Assembly: GCA_973895155.1 (NCBI GenBank)
Contig: OZ316898.1
Coordinates: forward strand, 17,040,752-17,104,751
Origin: Marsupella aquatica
Lineage: Eukaryota > Plantae > Marchantiophyta
DNA length: 64,000 nucleotides
Direction: 5' to 3'
A program made the translations under genes and the position numbers. Every line of letters begins with the position of its first letter. The stretch's first letter is position 1. Positions 62,989 through 64,000 of the stretch are shown piece by piece. The notes under the pieces are model-generated. The model was not told the DNA's origin, ran no database searches, and was given only the letters and a program-made list of their open reading frames with translations.

Positions 62989-63513
62989 TCCTCGCTCGCC
63001 AACTTCAAAGTCTCGAGACACCAGCAGAAATTCGTCCAATCACACAGTACAGGGATGCTTTCCTTCGATGCAGGTCCTCTCTCTGTCCTGTGAAGAGACC
63101 TCTAGACGCTCATGATCTCTAGACAGAGATGGAAAACAGGAGATCCTTCAGGCCTACCGAAAGAGAAACCCACCCCTGCAAGGCAAGGCCCACACAGCCA
63201 AACACTTACTCCCTCACCATCAGCTGCGCGAATATATAGCTGTACTGAGGGAATCTCTTAGCTCGAGAACTCTCTCCAGTAACCTCTGGTCTACCAGTAA
63301 ATTTCAGAGGGTGGCAAAGTAGTCCAAGCAGGGACCCACTCCAATGATGGGAGGGATCTAGGAGCTCGCAGTCTAGCACTTCTCTCCTCTCCCACTCTCA
63401 CATGTGGCACAACAACAGCAGTGCAGTACCTCTCCCTACTCCTCCCTATCAATTCACCAGGTAGTCAATTGATAGGCCTTGTCGTCCCCAATTCAGGCTT
63501 TCAGATTTTGGAT

Positions 63514-63742
63514 CACGCCATCATTGGGATTCTTGAAACAAATCGTCGCCAGAGCTCAATCATAGGCTCCACTCTCAAAAGCCAAGTCCGGGCCCCGCTC
63601 ACTCCTCCCCTATCCATGATTCACTCTTTCATTCAATTCGTGAGGGGCTTTTCGATCACGCCATGATCGGGATTCTTGAATCAAATCTCCTCCAGAGCTC
63701 ATCTCATCAATCGCAGACTCAACTCTCAAAAGGCTAAGTCCA
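63514..63742. repeat. Diverged ~75-85-bp direct repeat upstream of the TLP gene
   Basis: cacgccat.at.gggattcttgaa.caaat...ccagagctca...actctcaaaag...aagtcc at ~63514 and ~63657. Confidence 0.7.
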
Positions 63743-64000
63743 GTAGTCCAGTAGTCCACCTGGCCATAGTAGTAGTTTGGTACATGCTGCCTTTACCCCC
63801 AGTACTGAGCTCTGGGCTAGTGGGCAGGTAGCCCAAATCAACGCTGCAACAAATACATAAATAATAATTATTTTTCACCTAGAGAAGAGTTTTAAGGTAA
63901 TGCATTCAGGCTAGGAGGTATTGTATAATGCAAACAGGAATTTTGATAGCCAGGAGACACTACTGTAGTGGTTTTAAATTTCTTTTGCTTCTTGCTGCCT

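Overview
Land-plant nuclear DNA, probably from an early-diverging lineage (inferred from gene style and TTTAGGG repeats), with spliceosomal genes separated by transposon-rich spacers. Host genes are a 4-coumarate:CoA ligase-like gene (5' part, runs off the left edge), plastid RPL3, EMC3, a COBL7-type COBRA-like gene, a ~13 kb phosphatidylinositol 4-kinase alpha gene and a thaumatin-like protein with a Pro-rich hydrophobic tail. Mobile DNA includes a Helitron-like segment (~15.4-21.0 kb), a young Bianca-type Copia element with identical 145-bp LTRs and a nested MITE, a 5'-truncated RLE-type LINE with a 12-bp TSD, a foldback MITE, non-autonomous Helitrons and a rearranged 25S rRNA pseudogene. 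The best novelty candidate is the Helitron-like segment. It holds an intact PIF1 helicase ORF with no visible HUH Rep domain, overlapped by an intact three-exon 213-aa gene of unknown function that the ORF track splits into unrelated pieces. All calls were made by eye with no database searches.
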